A DNA stretch of 64,000 bases from Candidatus Sumerlaeia bacterium (GTDB lineage Bacteria; Sumerlaeota; Sumerlaeia; SLMS01; JANRJK01): positions 186,478 to 250,477 of the forward strand of contig JANRJK010000002.1 in NCBI GenBank assembly GCA_033764015.1, in the 5' to 3' direction. Position 1 is the stretch's first letter. Each line of letters starts with the position of its first letter. Of the stretch, positions 1 through 9,631 are shown piece after piece. The position numbers and the translations under genes were made by a program. The notes beneath the pieces were generated by a model. The model was not told the DNA's origin and did no database searches. It saw only the letters and a program-made list of their open reading frames with translations.

Positions 1-1085
1 CCCAGAAGGAGCAGCGTGCCGCCGGCCGCCTTGGGCGCCCGTCCCGCGCGCTCCGCGGCGAGCCACACCTCGTCCAGCCACCAGGCGACCAGGATCGCCA
101 CCGCCGGGAAGAGCGGAAGCATGTACGTTGCGCGCTTTCCCGGCACGATGCACAGGAACAGGAAGGGGAGCACGGCCCAGGCGAGCACCGGGCGCAGGCG
201 CGCGGCGTCTTCCCGGCGCGCCTTCCAGAGCGCCCACACCGCGGGGACCAGCAGCAGTCCGAAGGGGAGCGTCATCTCGGTGAAGAAGCGCTCGATGTAG
301 TACCACGGAGGGCCGAGATGGCTGCCGCCCACAAGGCGGCCCAGGACTTCCTTCCCGGCGACCTCCTTGACCACCCCTCCGCCGCCGTTCACCGCGACCC
401 GCGCGATCCACAGCCCGAGCGGCGCCACCAGCAGCGGCAGCGCCAGCAGCGGACGCAGCGCCTTGAGCGGCCCCGCGGAACGCCGGCGCCAAGCCTCGTA
501 GGCCGGCGCCGCGCCAACCACCACGAGCGCGAGCGGACCCTTGGTCCATACCGCCAGGAAAAGGAACACCCACAGCGCCGCCGCGCGCGCCGTCGGCAGC
601 GGCCCCTCCCAATCATGCCCGAGCACGCACCAAAGCGCCGCCATGATCCAGAGCGTGAACTGGGTATCGAGCCGCACCAGGAACACCTGGTTCGCGAACT
701 GCGGGAGGGTCGCCAGCAGCAGCGCCGCGACCAGCGCGCCGCGCGGCGACAGGAACCGCCGGGCGATCGAAAGCGTCAGCAGCACGATGCCGAGCGATGA
801 AAGCACCGCGGGCAGCCGCACTACCCATTCGACGAGCCGCCCCCCGGTGAGTTCCAGCATCAGCGCGTAGATGGCGAACGCCAGCGGCGGCTTCGCCGCG
901 TACGTTTCGCCGAGGTATGTCAGCGCGGAGAGGCGCCACGTCTCCGCAAGCTCGCGCGCGACCTGCAGGTAAAGCCCCTGGTCGAAGCCAGCGATGTCGC
1001 GCACCGCCGCGATCATCAGCCACATTGGCAGCAGCACCGCCGTGAGGAGCACCGCGTGCGCGCCAAAGCCGCCTTTGCTGTTCAT
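1..1085 (-). CDS. ArnT/PMT-like (GT-C, glycosyltransferase family 39/83) membrane protein, 3' end outside window
   Basis: Not in the ORF track because it has no stop in the window. Translated by hand from ATG at 1085: MNSKGGFGAH...FDQGLYLQVARE...YAAKPPLAF...VRLPAVLSSLG...RLDTQFTLW. The KPPL and RLP motifs and many TM helices are typical of the ArnT family. Confidence 0.75.
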   Translation of the reverse strand, partial: MNSKGGFGAHAVLLTAVLLPMWLMIAAVRDIAGFDQGLYLQVARELAETWRLSALTYLGETYAAKPPLAFAIYALMLELTGGRLVEWVVRLPAVLSSLGIVLLTLSIARRFLSPRGALVAALLLATLPQFANQVFLVRLDTQFTLWIMAALWCVLGHDWEGPLPTARAAALWVFLFLAVWTKGPLALVVVGAAPAYEAWRRRSAGPLKALRPLLALPLLVAPLGLWIARVAVNGGGGVVKEVAGKEVLGRLVGGSHLGPPWYYIERFFTEMTLPFGLLLVPAVWALWKARREDAARLRPVLAWAVLPFLFLCIVPGKRATYMLPLFPAVAILVAWWLDEVWLAAERAGRAPKAAGGTLLLL

Positions 1086-1219
1086 TCCGGATGCCCGCCT
1101 TGCGGCCGTCGGTTGCGCCCGCCAAACCGCCAATTGACTACCCAACCTAGCCGGGGCGGGGGTCAAGGTATGCGGTTCGCGCTCGACCCGACCGGCGGGG
1201 CGCCGGGACCGTCCCGCCG

Positions 1220-3421
1220 ATGGGTATCGACGCTCCCGAAACATCCGCCGACGTGCGCGAACAGCTCCTCGCCGTCCTCGACCGCGTCTGGGGCTACCGC
1301 GAGTTCCGCCCGCTGCAGGAGCGCGCCATGGCGGCGGTGCTCTCGCGGCGCGATTCGCTGGTCATCCTGCCGACCGGCGGCGGGAAGTCGATCTGCTTCC
1401 AGGCTCCCGCGCTCCTGCGCGAGGGCGTCGCGCTGGTGGTCTCGCCGCTGATCTCGCTCATGCGCGACCAGGTGGCGCAGCTCCGCCAGAACGGCATCGA
1501 GGCGGGCAGCCTGCACAGCGGCCAGCCGCAGGAGGAGCGGGCCGAGGTGGCGCGCTCGCTCCGCGCCGGGCGGCTCCGCCTCCTTTACGTCTCCCCCGAA
1601 CGCCTTGCCCTCGAGGACATCGAATCGCTGCTGCTCGGCGCGCCGCTCTCCTTCATCGCCATCGACGAGGCGCACTGCATCAGCATGTGGGGGCACGACT
1701 TCCGCCCCGAGTACCGCCAGTTGGCGAGGCTCCGCGAACTCCATCCCGGCACGGACCTCCACGCCTACACCGCCACGGCCACGCCGCGCGTCGCGGACGA
1801 TATCGTCCAGCAGCTCTCGCTCCGCGCGCCCGAGCTGCTCCGCGGGTCCTTCGACCGGCCTAACCTGTACTACTCCGCCAAGCCCCGGAAGGACGGCTAC
1901 GACCGGCTCCTCGAGGTCGTCCGCCGCCACACCCGCGAGTCCGGGATCGTGTACTGCATCGGGCGCAAGGAGGTGGAGAAGATCGCCGACCGGCTCCGCG
2001 CGGACGGCTATTCCGCGGCGCCCTACCACGCGGGGCTCGACGCGGAGACGCGCCGCCGCAACCAGGACGACTTCATCGCCGACCGCGTCTCCATCATCGT
2101 CGGCACGACGGCCTTCGGCATGGGCATCAACAAGCCCGACGTCCGCTTCGTGGTCCACCTGTCGATGCCGAAGAGCCTCGAGAACTACCAGCAGGAGGCG
2201 GGCCGCGCCGGGCGCGACGGCCTTCCCGCCGAGTGCCTCATGCTCTACAGCTTCGGCGACGTCTTCACCTGGGAGCGCATGTCCGCGGAGGCGCCCCGGG
2301 AGCTGCAGCGCGCCGCGCGCGCGCAGCTCGACCTCATCCACGACTGGTGCGGCATCACGTCCTGCCGGCGCACGGCGCTGCTCCGCCACTTCTCGGAACG
2401 CTACCCCCTCGCGAACTGCGGCGCCTGCGACAACTGCACCGGCGGCAATCCCGCCCTGCCGGACAGCGTCGAGATCGCCCAGATGGTGCTCTCCTGCATG
2501 GTCCGCCTGAAGCAGCACGCCACCGCCGCAACGGTTGTCGACGTGCTCGCCGGTTCCAAGTCGCCCGCCATCACCGAGGCCGGCCACGACCAGCTCTCCA
2601 CCTTCGGCCTGCTCAAGAAGCGCCCGCGGACCGCTGTGGCCGACTGGCTCGCGCAGTTGCTCGACAAGGGACTCGCCGCGGCGGGGGAGGATGGCGTCCT
2701 CGCGCCGACGGAGGCGGGCTGGGAGGTGCTGCGGAAGCGTGCGCCGGTCATGCTGATCGACCGTCTCGGCGCGTCCACGGTCGCGCCCAAGGTCGCCGCG
2801 TCCGACGAACTTTCCCCCGGCGAGCAGGCGGTGTTCGAGGCATTGCGCGCGCTCCGCTCATCGATCGCGAAGGAGAAGAGAGTCGCCCCGTTCATGGTGT
2901 TCGGCGACGTGACGCTGCGCGAGCTGGCGCGCCAACGCCCCGGCTCTCCGGCGGAGTTCCGCGCGTGCAAGGGCGTCGGCGACAAGAAGGCGGCGGAGCT
3001 GGCGCAGCCTTTCCTCGCGGCGATCCGGGCCAGCCGCGCCCGCGCCGACGCGGAATCGGGCGCGCCACCGCCCCCGCCACCTTCCGCCCCGGCGCCGAAG
3101 AAACCCGGCGGGGAGGTCGCCGCGCTCCGGCGCCGCGCCTTCGACTGCCTCGCGAAAGGGTGGGGCGTGGAGGAGATCGCGGCCGACATGGAGCGCGCTC
3201 CGTCGACCATCGCCGGCTATCTCGTCGAGCACTTCGAGGAGGAGGGCCTCACGGACGCGACCCCCTACGTTCCCGCCGAGCTGGCGGCGCGGATCGAAGC
3301 AGCGGCGATCGGATCCGAGGATGGACGCCTCGCGCCGATCCACGAAGCGCTGGGCGGCGCCGCGAGCTACCTGCAGATTCGCCTAGTCCTCGGCTGCGCG
3401 CGCCGCCGATCGGGCGGCTAG
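1220..3421 (+). CDS. recQ: ATP-dependent DNA helicase RecQ (helicase, Zn-binding RQC, HRDC, C-terminal HTH)
   Basis: LPTGGGKS, DEAHCISMWGHDFRPEY, QEAGRAGRDG, CRR...CGACDNC, and an HRDC-like segment (LRALRSSIAKE..VAPFMVFGD). Confidence 0.95.
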   Translation: MGIDAPETSADVREQLLAVLDRVWGYREFRPLQERAMAAVLSRRDSLVILPTGGGKSICFQAPALLREGVALVVSPLISLMRDQVAQLRQNGIEAGSLHSGQPQEERAEVARSLRAGRLRLLYVSPERLALEDIESLLLGAPLSFIAIDEAHCISMWGHDFRPEYRQLARLRELHPGTDLHAYTATATPRVADDIVQQLSLRAPELLRGSFDRPNLYYSAKPRKDGYDRLLEVVRRHTRESGIVYCIGRKEVEKIADRLRADGYSAAPYHAGLDAETRRRNQDDFIADRVSIIVGTTAFGMGINKPDVRFVVHLSMPKSLENYQQEAGRAGRDGLPAECLMLYSFGDVFTWERMSAEAPRELQRAARAQLDLIHDWCGITSCRRTALLRHFSERYPLANCGACDNCTGGNPALPDSVEIAQMVLSCMVRLKQHATAATVVDVLAGSKSPAITEAGHDQLSTFGLLKKRPRTAVADWLAQLLDKGLAAAGEDGVLAPTEAGWEVLRKRAPVMLIDRLGASTVAPKVAASDELSPGEQAVFEALRALRSSIAKEKRVAPFMVFGDVTLRELARQRPGSPAEFRACKGVGDKKAAELAQPFLAAIRASRARADAESGAPPPPPPSAPAPKKPGGEVAALRRRAFDCLAKGWGVEEIAADMERAPSTIAGYLVEHFEEEGLTDATPYVPAELAARIEAAAIGSEDGRLAPIHEALGGAASYLQIRLVLGCARRRSGG

Positions 3422-4158
3422 CGCGCCACCGGCACCGCGCCTCCGCGGAGGTTCGTCCGCGCATCGGCGAATCCCGTGTCGGCGGCTTTCCAGGCGGCAT
3501 GGCACTCGCCGAACAGCGTCGTATCCACACCGAGCCAGAGCGCGATCCGCCCCGCCGCGATCGGCGAGCCGGACAGCGCCCCCAGCGCCGCCTCGCGATC
3601 GGCCTCGCGGAGCCGCTTCCGCCAGACGCGCTCCGTCGGCGCCAGGTCGCCCAGCGCCTCGGACAGCAGCGCGTGCGCCTGCCGGTCGTCCAGCCCCTCG
3701 AACCGTTCGAGCCACTCCGGGCGCAGATGCTCGGCGAAGCACTCCGCCACATGCACCGCGGCGTCGTTGAGCACCAAGGCGGCGCGTTCCACCTCGCGAG
3801 CATCCTCTTCGAGGACCCAGTGGGCCGCCGCCTTGCCGTCGGCGCCGATCAGCGTCCACGGCGGCACGCGGAACCTCGCGGCGCACAGAGGGCACCGCAT
3901 CTCCCAACTCTCGTCCCGCGCATCCCGCCGAAGCACCTCGCCAGGCGTCGCTCGGCGGATCCGGACCGCAAGGCCGTCGCCGCAAGGGCATGGGTAGGGA
4001 GTCGTGAGGAAGAGTTCCGCGCGCCGCGCCAAGGAGTGCCTTTCAAGGGGACCGTTCGACTGGTTGGACAATAGCCTGAAAGGCGGTCCGCTTTGCAAGC
4101 CCTGCTTCCAACGGTGCCCGGCGCCGGTGAAGGGACCGCGCCCCCGCGCGTAAGCCAA
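3418..4158 (-). CDS. Hypothetical protein with a CxC...CxxC putative zinc ribbon (true start probably downstream, near 4040)
   Basis: The ORF fills the gap between recQ and the peptidase, and its stop overlaps the recQ stop. It contains CPCGD...CPLC. Confidence 0.5.
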   Translation of the reverse strand: MAYARGRGPFTGAGHRWKQGLQSGPPFRLLSNQSNGPLERHSLARRAELFLTTPYPCPCGDGLAVRIRRATPGEVLRRDARDESWEMRCPLCAARFRVPPWTLIGADGKAAAHWVLEEDAREVERAALVLNDAAVHVAECFAEHLRPEWLERFEGLDDRQAHALLSEALGDLAPTERVWRKRLREADREAALGALSGSPIAAGRIALWLGVDTTLFGECHAAWKAADTGFADARTNLRGGAVPVAR

Positions 4159-4224
4159 TCCAGCAGGTGGCGGCGTCCGGGTTCCGGACGCCTCCGCAAC
4201 GCATCCATCCCCGGAGCACCCCCG

Positions 4225-7089
4225 ATGCGCCTAAAGGCATCACTCAGGAACGCCCTACCGGTCATCACCGCGGCCGCGGCGATTTTCTCCACTCAACCCG
4301 CCCCCGCCGCTCCCCCCGAGCCCGGTGTCGTGATCGAAGACAAGAAGGGCGCGCTGCCCTACCGGCAGACCACCCTCGAAAACGGCATGCGCATCATCAG
4401 CGTCGAGGACTTCTCCGTCCCCATCGCCGCTGTGCAGGTGTGGTACGAAGTCGGCTCGAAGAACGAGCGCACGGACCGCAACGGCTTCGCGCACATGTTC
4501 GAGCACATGATGTTCCGCGGCACCGAGTTCACCGGCTCCAAAGACCACTTCGAATACATCCGCAAGGTCGGCGGCACCAACAACGCCTATACCGCCTTCG
4601 ACAACACCACCTACATCCAGACCGTCCCGGCCAACCAGTTGGAAATGATCATCTGGCTCGAGTCGGAGCGGCTCGCGTTCCTCAAGGTGGACGACGAGGC
4701 GTTCCAGACGGAGCGCAAGGTCGTCGAGGAGGAGTTGCGGCTCCGCGCCGAGCAGCCGTTCGGCACAGTGCCGGAGAAGCTGCTCGCGGAAATGTTCGAA
4801 GGCTCCCCGTACGCCTGGACCCCCGGCGGCAGCATCTCGCACTTGCGGCAGGCGCCCACCAGCGAGCTGCAGGAGTTCTGGGAGACCTACTACGTGCCGA
4901 ACAACGCCACGCTTGTGGTGGTCGGCGCCGTGAAGCACCGCGAAGTCGAGCGCCTCGCGCGCAAGTACTTCGGTTGGATGCCGCGCTACCCGGACCCGCC
5001 GCGCCCCGTCATCGAGACCCCCGCGCAGGACGGGCCCCGGACGATCACCATCAAGGAGGACAAGGCGCCGGTCACCGTCGTCGGCGTCGGCTACTTCGGC
5101 GTCCCCTCCGGCCATGACGACGAAATGGCGCTCACGATGCTCTCCACGATCCTGGGCGGCGGCGAGTCGAGCCGGCTTTACCGGCGCCTCGTGAACGAGT
5201 CGGAGTCCGCGGTCATCGCGGCCGCCGGCGCATTCTCGCTGCAGGACTCCGGCATCGTCGGCGCCGCCGCCGTGCTGCCCCCGATCGGCGGCGACAAGGA
5301 GAAGGCGCGCACCGAGCTGATGGCCGAGATCGCCCGCATCAAGGACGAAGGCGTCACCGAGGAGGAGCTCGACAAGGCGCGCAACAACATGCTGCGCGAC
5401 GAGGTCGCCAAGCTCTCCACGGTCGACTCCAAGGCCTCCGCGATCGGCCAGGCCGCCGTCATCGAGGGCGACATCACCCGCGTGAACAGCAAGATCGACA
5501 GCATCCGCGCCGTCACTCGCGAAGACATCCAGCGCGTCGCCCGCGCCTACATGGTCGACGAGCGCCGCAACGACATCACCATCGAGCCGAACATCGGCGG
5601 CTTCCTCCTCGGATCGCTCCTGAAGCCCAAGGCCCCGGAATCCGAAGTGGTGCCCGTCGTCGCCTCGCCGGAGGGCGCCGAGTACGGCCACGGCAAGCCC
5701 GGGCTGGAGCGCCCGGACTTCTACGGCGAGAAGCCCCCGATCCGCCGGCCCATCACCAAGGCGGATCTGCTGAAGGCCCGCTCGCGCACGCTCGACAACG
5801 GCCTCGAAGTCGTCGTCGTTCCCGACAACGAAATCCCCTTCGTCACCTACACGCTCGGCATCAAGACCGGCGCCTACGCGGATCCGGCGGACCGCCCCGG
5901 CACCGCCTCCATGGCCGCCGGCCTGCTCACCCGCGGCACGGAGAACTACGGCTACGAGGAACTGGCCGAATTGCTGGACCGCAACGCCATCAGCCTCGGC
6001 GGGTCCATGTCCATGGATGTCGGCTCGGTGAACGCCTCCGCGGTGAAGGACCGCGCGGAGCAGGCGATGGAACTCCTCGCCGAAGTGGTCCGCCGCCCCA
6101 CCTTCCCGGAGGACGAATTCGAGAAGGCCGTCAAGCAGGCCCGCACCGGCAAGGCGATCTCCGAGGTCTCCCCCGAGTACCTGGCTGACCAGCAGCTCCG
6201 CAAGGTACTCTACGGCGACCATCCCTACAGCCGCACCGCGGACGGATCGATGAAGGACCTCGACAACCTGACCGCGACCGCGTCGCGCGACTGGTGGACG
6301 TCGAACGTGCGCCCCGACACCACGGTGCTCTATATCGCGGGCGATGTGACGCGCGCCGAGGCGTACACGCTCGCGGAGCGCTACTTCGGCGATTGGACCG
6401 CGGAGGGCGAGGCCCCGACCTACACGATGCCGGGGCTGCCGGAACCCGCCCCGAAGCACATCTACCTTGTCGACACACCCGGCGCCACGCAGTCGCAGAT
6501 CCGCGCCGCCCACCTGTCGATCACCCGCGAGTCGCCGCTCTACTTCGAGACGCGCGTCATCAACCAGGTCTTCGGCGGCGCCTTCGGGGCGCGGCTGAAC
6601 GAGACGATCCGCGTCCAGAAGGGCCTCACCTACGGCGCCTTCGGCGGCTTCCAGTCGCAGCGCTTCGCCGGCGCCTTCAGCATCAGCACCTTCTCCAAGA
6701 CCACCTCCACCGCGGAAGCGGTTCAGGTCCTCGTGGACGAGGCGGAGCGCCTTCTGGACGAGCCCATCACGCGCGAGGAGATGGAGCTGGCGCAGGGCTA
6801 CCTGGTCGGCAGCTTCATCGGCGGCCGCGAAACGCCCCAGGACATCGTCACCGACGAGTGGACGATCGAGTACAACAACCTGCCCCGCGACTACTTCCGC
6901 CGCTACCTCCGCGGAGTCGCGTCGACGACGACGGAGCGCCTCGCGGAAGCCACCCGCGAACTGGTGCAGCCCGACAAGCTCGCCATCGTCGTCGTCGGCG
7001 ACGCGTCGAAGCTGAAGGCCGACCTCGAGAAGGTCGCGCCCGTGACGGTGGTCTCCAAGGACCAGGTGCAGACCGCCATGGCGGACTGA
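4225..7089 (+). CDS. Zinc protease, M16 (pitrilysin/insulinase) family, secreted, two-half single chain
   Basis: Signal peptide, inverted zinc motif HMFEH in GFAHMFEHMMF, NAYT motif, and a second half with RLNETIRVQKGLTYG. Confidence 0.92.
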   Translation: MRLKASLRNALPVITAAAAIFSTQPAPAAPPEPGVVIEDKKGALPYRQTTLENGMRIISVEDFSVPIAAVQVWYEVGSKNERTDRNGFAHMFEHMMFRGTEFTGSKDHFEYIRKVGGTNNAYTAFDNTTYIQTVPANQLEMIIWLESERLAFLKVDDEAFQTERKVVEEELRLRAEQPFGTVPEKLLAEMFEGSPYAWTPGGSISHLRQAPTSELQEFWETYYVPNNATLVVVGAVKHREVERLARKYFGWMPRYPDPPRPVIETPAQDGPRTITIKEDKAPVTVVGVGYFGVPSGHDDEMALTMLSTILGGGESSRLYRRLVNESESAVIAAAGAFSLQDSGIVGAAAVLPPIGGDKEKARTELMAEIARIKDEGVTEEELDKARNNMLRDEVAKLSTVDSKASAIGQAAVIEGDITRVNSKIDSIRAVTREDIQRVARAYMVDERRNDITIEPNIGGFLLGSLLKPKAPESEVVPVVASPEGAEYGHGKPGLERPDFYGEKPPIRRPITKADLLKARSRTLDNGLEVVVVPDNEIPFVTYTLGIKTGAYADPADRPGTASMAAGLLTRGTENYGYEELAELLDRNAISLGGSMSMDVGSVNASAVKDRAEQAMELLAEVVRRPTFPEDEFEKAVKQARTGKAISEVSPEYLADQQLRKVLYGDHPYSRTADGSMKDLDNLTATASRDWWTSNVRPDTTVLYIAGDVTRAEAYTLAERYFGDWTAEGEAPTYTMPGLPEPAPKHIYLVDTPGATQSQIRAAHLSITRESPLYFETRVINQVFGGAFGARLNETIRVQKGLTYGAFGGFQSQRFAGAFSISTFSKTTSTAEAVQVLVDEAERLLDEPITREEMELAQGYLVGSFIGGRETPQDIVTDEWTIEYNNLPRDYFRRYLRGVASTTTERLAEATRELVQPDKLAIVVVGDASKLKADLEKVAPVTVVSKDQVQTAMAD

Positions 7090-7114
7090 TCGCCGGCCCA
7101 CCGCCCATGAAAGA

Positions 7115-7146
7115 CGGCGCGCCCGGGAGTGATCCCGGGCGCGCCG
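7115..7146. terminator. GC-rich hairpin between convergent genes (probable bidirectional terminator)
   Basis: cggcgcgcccggga-gtga-tcccgggcgcgccg, a perfect 14-bp stem. Confidence 0.7.
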
Positions 7147-7176
7147 CGCATTTCCGTGGGTGGGGGAGGGCTAGCC

Positions 7177-7500
7177 TCAGTCCGCTTCGAACACCGCGGC
7201 GACCATCGAGCCACTGCTCTCCGCGACCGCGGGGTCCGGGCCGTAGGTCATGATGCGCTCGCGCCCGATCAGCGCCTCCTCGAGGCCGCATGTCTTGACG
7301 ATCGCCTCGCCGTTGTAGTCGACGTTGTAGGCGACTTGGAAGGCGTCCTCCTGCGACATCGAGAACAGATCCACCATCATCTTGATGACGTACTCGTAGG
7401 AATGGGAGTCGTCGTCGAAGAGGACGAGGTTGTAAAGGGGATCCCGTTCGGTGAGTTCCTTGGTTTTCTCTTCGGGAAGCGCGACCGCTGATGAAGACAT
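7177..7500 (-). CDS. clpS: ATP-dependent Clp protease adaptor ClpS
   Basis: LYNLVLFDDDSHSYEYVIKMM...AFQVAYNVDYNGEAIV matches the ClpS core; ATG at 7500. Confidence 0.85.
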   Translation of the reverse strand: MSSSAVALPEEKTKELTERDPLYNLVLFDDDSHSYEYVIKMMVDLFSMSQEDAFQVAYNVDYNGEAIVKTCGLEEALIGRERIMTYGPDPAVAESSGSMVAAVFEAD

Positions 7501-7712
7501 GGGGTTGCCGTTTACGGGGACCTGTTGCGCGCCCGGGCGGGCGGCCACTTCAAGCAGCCAAGGGTGCGCTCCGGTCCCCCGGGGTGTCAAACGCAACCCC
7601 GCGGCGCAGGCGTCGGCGCGAATCGCGGCGGCGCGCGGAAATGTCTTGACCGCACCCCCCGCACCCGTGGACACATTCTGCTTCGCGAGCGCGCAAGCCT
7701 CGCCGAGGCTGC

Positions 7713-7788
7713 TGGGGGATGGTGCAGCTGGTAGCACGTCTGACTCTGGCTCAGAAGGTCGAGGGTTCGAATCCTTCTCCCCCAGCCA
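7713..7788 (+). tRNA. tRNA-Gln (anticodon CTG)
   Basis: Acceptor TGGGGGA/TCCCCCA, anticodon arm TCTGA-CT CTG GC-TCAGA, T-loop GGTTCGAATCC, encoded CCA. Confidence 0.96.
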
Positions 7789-7803
7789 ATAGCCTCCCAC
7801 CGG

Positions 7804-7881
7804 GGTCCCATCGTCTAGCCCGGTCTAGGACGTCGCCCTCTCACGGCGAAAACAGGGGTTCGAATCCCCTTGGGACTACCA
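7804..7881 (+). tRNA. tRNA-Glu (anticodon CTC)
   Basis: Acceptor GGTCCCA/TGGGACT, anticodon arm TCGCC-CT CTC AC-GGCGA, GGTTCGAATCC, encoded CCA. Confidence 0.96.
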
Positions 7882-7893
7882 TCGAGGAGCTTC

Positions 7894-7931
7894 ACGGGGC
7901 GCCCGGCCATGCCGGGCGCCCCGTTCCGTTT
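7894..7931 (+). terminator. Rho-independent terminator after the tRNA pair
   Basis: acggggcgcccggc-cat-gccgggcgccccgt stem followed by tccgttt. Confidence 0.75.
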
Positions 7932-9631
7932 CAGCCCGTCGGCGCTGGCCGCCGCAGCACCAAAAGGTAGTCCTGCGGCCCGTACAGGAATGCGTTCAGC
8001 TTCGCGGCATTCGCCCGCTCCGGTTCACCGGGAGGCGGCGACAGGCGCGCGGCCTCCTCCACCGGATGGATGAAGTGCGTCGCCGCGTGGAGGAATCCGA
8101 GCGTTTCACCCAGGAATCGCAGCAGTTCCGGATCGAGGAAGCGCCGGTGCGTCGGATCCATGAGATACCACCGCAAGCTGTGCAGCGTGCGGGGATTGAT
8201 CGTTTCGAGGAATAGGTGGCCGCCCGGTTCAAGCACCCGCAGCGACTCCGCCAGCAGCCCGCGGAGGTCTTCGTCGCCGAGGTGCTCCACGACCTGGAAT
8301 GCTGTGAGGGCCGCGCAGCTCGCGGCCGGCTGGAGGCGGAGCCACCCGACCGCGTCGGCGTGGGCGGCCTCCACACCCCGCGCGCCCGCCTCCGCGACCG
8401 CGCGGCGGTTCGAGTCCACGCCGAACCCGCGCCATCCGGCCTTGTTGGCCTCATCGAGAAAGACGCCGTCTCCGCAGCCCAAGTCCACAAGCCGCCGGCC
8501 CGCCGCGTCCCCGCAGGCGGCCCCGATGGCCGCGAGGGACTCGCGCGCCCGCTCCGCGAGCTGCGCGGCGCTGCCGCGGAAGAGGCGCTGCAGCTCCTGG
8601 TAGCCGGCTTCGTCGAGCAGCGGAGTCGGCGCTTCCGAGTCGTTTCTTGACTGTGTCAAGATGTCCGAGGGCGCCGCCAGCGTCAGGCGCTCCTGCACGG
8701 CCTGGACGCGCGCTTCGAGCCGGACGGCAAGCTCGTGCGCCCTCGCCGCGCGGACGCCCGCGTCCTGCGCCCCGGAGGTGTTCGACTCCAATTGGGCGTT
8801 CTGCCGCCCCTGCTCGCGGGCGAGGGTGTCCGCGGTGTCCGTGATCCGCTGGTGGAGCTGGGCGATCTGCTCCGCGAGCGCGCGGTCGAGCGCCTCGAAG
8901 GTCTCGGTGAGCCCGCGGCGGGCGTCCTTCGCCTCCCAAGCGGCGCGGGCGATGGTCTCCTCCAGCCGGGCGGCGCGCTCCGCCTCCAGTTCCTCCGACT
9001 CTACGAACACCCTGCGCTCGAGCGCATCGCTCCGGTTGCGCAGCTCCGAAGCCTGCCCTGCCAGCTCCCGGTGGGCATGGGCCTGCCTTTCCGCCTCCAT
9101 CCCGACCCGCTGGTGGATCTCCTCCGCGACGGCGGCGATGCGCTGCCTCAACTCGGCGGCGCGTCCCTCCATCATCTCCTCGGAGGCGCGACGGGCTGCC
9201 GCAACGTCCTGCGCAAGCACCTCCGCTCCGCCGCGGGTCTCCGCGCTGGCCCTCGCCAACTCGGCATCGAGCGCCGCCAGCAAGGCCTCCGTGCGCGCCT
9301 CCGCCGCCAGGGCCCGCGAGCGCTCCGCGTCCAGTTCGCGGGCCAACTGCGCCACCGCTTCGAGCGTGCCGGCGTTGAAGGTGCTCTGCTTGGCGGAAAC
9401 CATGCGGAACAGACGCGCCAGCGCGCGCTTGAAGAATCCGAGCCTCGTGTCCCGCGGCACGCTGGCGACGTCCTGGTGCTGGCTCATCTGGCCGAGCGGT
9501 CCGCCCCAGAGGCGCGCCTCCAGCGGATCCGGGAGCGGCGCTCCCGCGCCATCCCCCGGCGCTCCCGCGCCCCCCTGGCCAAGGCTCGCCTCGACGTTCG
9601 ACACCAGTTGCTTCGCGTCATATCTCGACAT
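7931..9631 (-). CDS. Coiled-coil plus C-terminal class I SAM methyltransferase (glycan chain-terminating/WsaE- or WbdD-like)
   Basis: Long A/E/R/L heptad-rich N-terminal region, then FRGS, VDLGCGDG, FQVVEHL, ETINP, DPTH, GPQDY. Lies directly after a Wzt-type ATPase. Confidence 0.75.
   Translation of the reverse strand: MSRYDAKQLVSNVEASLGQGGAGAPGDGAGAPLPDPLEARLWGGPLGQMSQHQDVASVPRDTRLGFFKRALARLFRMVSAKQSTFNAGTLEAVAQLARELDAERSRALAAEARTEALLAALDAELARASAETRGGAEVLAQDVAAARRASEEMMEGRAAELRQRIAAVAEEIHQRVGMEAERQAHAHRELAGQASELRNRSDALERRVFVESEELEAERAARLEETIARAAWEAKDARRGLTETFEALDRALAEQIAQLHQRITDTADTLAREQGRQNAQLESNTSGAQDAGVRAARAHELAVRLEARVQAVQERLTLAAPSDILTQSRNDSEAPTPLLDEAGYQELQRLFRGSAAQLAERARESLAAIGAACGDAAGRRLVDLGCGDGVFLDEANKAGWRGFGVDSNRRAVAEAGARGVEAAHADAVGWLRLQPAASCAALTAFQVVEHLGDEDLRGLLAESLRVLEPGGHLFLETINPRTLHSLRWYLMDPTHRRFLDPELLRFLGETLGFLHAATHFIHPVEEAARLSPPPGEPERANAAKLNAFLYGPQDYLLVLRRPAPTG

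Noticed and set aside
4255..7101. 948-aa antisense ORF, and similar long shadow ORFs opposite eno, rpsA, the kinases and the response regulator
   Set aside because: These mirror well-supported genes on the other strand. High GC3 suppresses antisense stops, and the translations have no recognisable motifs.
7713..7931. tRNA pair as an island integration site
   Set aside because: No adjacent integrase, no duplicated tRNA 3' end seen, and no compositional shift.
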